A stretch of 64,000 nucleotides of DNA from Armatimonadota bacterium (GTDB taxonomy: Bacteria; Sysuimicrobiota; Sysuimicrobiia; Sysuimicrobiales; Sysuimicrobiaceae), in assembly GCA_025059775.1 (NCBI GenBank), contig JANXCW010000001.1, positions 221,549 to 285,548 of the forward strand. Direction: 5' to 3'. The notes under the pieces were generated by a model that worked only from the letters and a program-made list of their open reading frames with translations, did no database searches and had not been told where the DNA came from. The translations under genes were made by a program, and so were the position numbers. The first letter of the stretch is position 1. Each line of letters opens with the position of its first letter. Positions 63,097 through 64,000 of this stretch are shown here, one piece after another.

Positions 63097-64000
63097 ACCT
63101 GGAAGGCCGCCACGAGCCGCTGGAGATCCGTGGCGAGCTGGGCCAAGGACTGCCCGTGTCGGGCGAGCTCGTGGCTACTGGCGGAGATCTGCTCCGTGGC
63201 CGCGCTCACCTGCTGGGCAGACGCGCTGTTCTCCTCGCTCAGGCCCGCAAGATCCCCCGCGGCCGCGTCCACCTGCCGGGCCGCGCCCGCCAGCTCCTCC
63301 AGGAATCCCCGCACGTGCTCCACCCGCCGCACCAGCCCCTCCACGCTGCGCAGGATCTCGCTGAAGGCCTCGTCCGCCCGGCCGATGACCTCCGCGCCCC
63401 GGGCCACCTCCCTGCTCGTGTGCTCCATGGTTCGCACGGCCCGCTCCGTCTCCCCCTGGATCTCCTCCAGGATCCCCGCGATCTGCTCTGCTGCCTGCGC
63501 GCTCTCCTGCGCCAACTTCCGCACCTCCTCCGCCACCACCGCAAACCCCCGCCCCTGCTCCCCAGCCCGGGCTGCCTCAATGGCCGCGTTCAGCGCCAGC
63601 AGGTTCGTCTGCGACGCAATCTCCGTGATCAACTTCACGATCCGCCCGATGTTCCGCCCCCGCTCCCCCAGCGCCCCGATCACCCGACCCATCTCCTCCG
63701 CGGCCTCCTGGATCCCCGCCATGGCAGCCCGGGCTTCCTCCACCTGCTCCCGGCCGCGCACCGCGGCTCGCGAGGCCTGGTCCGCGGCCTGGGCAGCGTC
63801 CGTGGCCTCCCGGGCCGCCTCGCCCAGGGATTGGGTCATGTGCTGGATGGCCTGCACCACCTCTCCTACCCTCCGGGCCTGCACTTCCGCCCCCTGGGAG
63901 ACACCTTGGACCGCGGTGGCGATCTCAGACACGCTGCGGTTAGTTTGCTCGCTGGTGGCCGCCATCTCCTCGGCGGAGGCAGTGAGGGTGCTCGAGACCC
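63093..64000 (-). CDS. second methyl-accepting chemotaxis protein, C-terminal signalling part only; the 5' end lies beyond the right edge
   Basis: ORF 63093..63965 continues upstream without a stop. It has the same MCP signalling hairpin. Its stop overlaps the downstream MCP start. Confidence 0.8.
   Translation of the reverse strand, partial: VSSTLTASAEEMAATSEQTNRSVSEIATAVQGVSQGAEVQARRVGEVVQAIQHMTQSLGEAAREATDAAQAADQASRAAVRGREQVEEARAAMAGIQEAAEEMGRVIGALGERGRNIGRIVKLITEIASQTNLLALNAAIEAARAGEQGRGFAVVAEEVRKLAQESAQAAEQIAGILEEIQGETERAVRTMEHTSREVARGAEVIGRADEAFSEILRSVEGLVRRVEHVRGFLEELAGAARQVDAAAGDLAGLSEENSASAQQVSAATEQISASSHELARHGQSLAQLATDLQRLVAAFQV

Noticed and set aside
1-64000. Mobile elements, CRISPR arrays, rRNA and tRNA genes.
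   Set aside because: The window has no transposase- or integrase-like ORFs and no regularly spaced direct repeats. It has no tRNA-like cloverleaf or conserved T-loop (GGTTCGAATCC) matches and no rRNA-like stretches. The only repeat of note is the MCP gene-conversion block.

Overview
The window is about 70% GC and every believable gene is tightly packed. Several features point to a thermophilic Firmicutes-like lineage, possibly Symbiobacterium/Thermaerobacter-like (inference only): Bacillus-type fla/che gene order, fliY, cheD, flbD, frequent GTG starts and GTGA/ATGA overlaps. Layout, left to right:

- 1-2.7 kb: the N-terminal part of a minus-strand NuoL/MrpA-like gene (running off the left edge), read divergently from a Kef-type K+/H+ antiporter (CPA2 family) with TrkA-N and TrkA-C domains.
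- 2.8-3.9 kb: a YbaK-like deacylase and an S1-domain protein.
- 3.9-15.5 kb: one long minus-strand operon. It runs TetR/FadR-like repressor, fadN-like (3-hydroxyacyl-CoA dehydrogenase + enoyl-CoA hydratase), thiolase, acyl-CoA dehydrogenase, acyl-CoA ligase, two half-size ABC exporters, then a hypothetical. A palindromic operator sits at the repressor start codon. An FAD-linked oxidase gene is read divergently.
- 17.0-20.5 kb: an Fe3+-type ABC importer (substrate-binding protein, fused permease, ATPase) in which the permease and ATPase carry frameshifts and an internal deletion.
- 21.1-23.1 kb: CPD photolyase plus a small membrane protein.
- 23.6-48.9 kb: a near-complete Bacillus-style fla/che supercluster. 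Order: flgB-flgC-fliE-fliF-fliG-fliH-fliI-fliJ-(SLT)-fliK-flgD-flgE-flbD-motA-motB | CaCA | fliL-fliM-fliY-fliO-fliP-fliQ-fliR-(HDOD)-flhB-flhA-(PilZ)-cheB-(GAF)-cheR-cheD-fliA.
- 48.9-50.9 kb: a GAF-GAF-PAS-GGDEF cyclase read divergently from flgB.
- 50.9-64 kb: a minus-strand MCP-MCP-(sigma54 EBP without HTH)-(pseudoREC-GAF-HD-GYP)-cheW-cheA-cheY-rpoN run, followed by a lipoprotein and a secretin-less CpaC-N/CpaB-like pair.

The main discovery is that this Bacillus-type flagellar/chemotaxis locus appears wired to sigma-54 and c-di-GMP:

- Three textbook GGCAC-N5-TTGCA promoters sit exactly in front of flgB, fliL and flhB. A fourth, TGGCAC-N5-GTGCA, sits in front of a small ORF.
- rpoN itself is inside a che operon.
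- That operon also holds an enhancer-binding protein with no DNA-binding domain and a degenerate receiver.
- PilZ, HDOD, HD-GYP and GGDEF modules occupy slots where flhF/flhG/cheY/cheC would be expected.

There are no rRNA/tRNA genes, no CRISPR and no recognisable mobile elements. Coordinates of trimmed starts are derived from the ORF track by residue offsets and may be off by a few codons.
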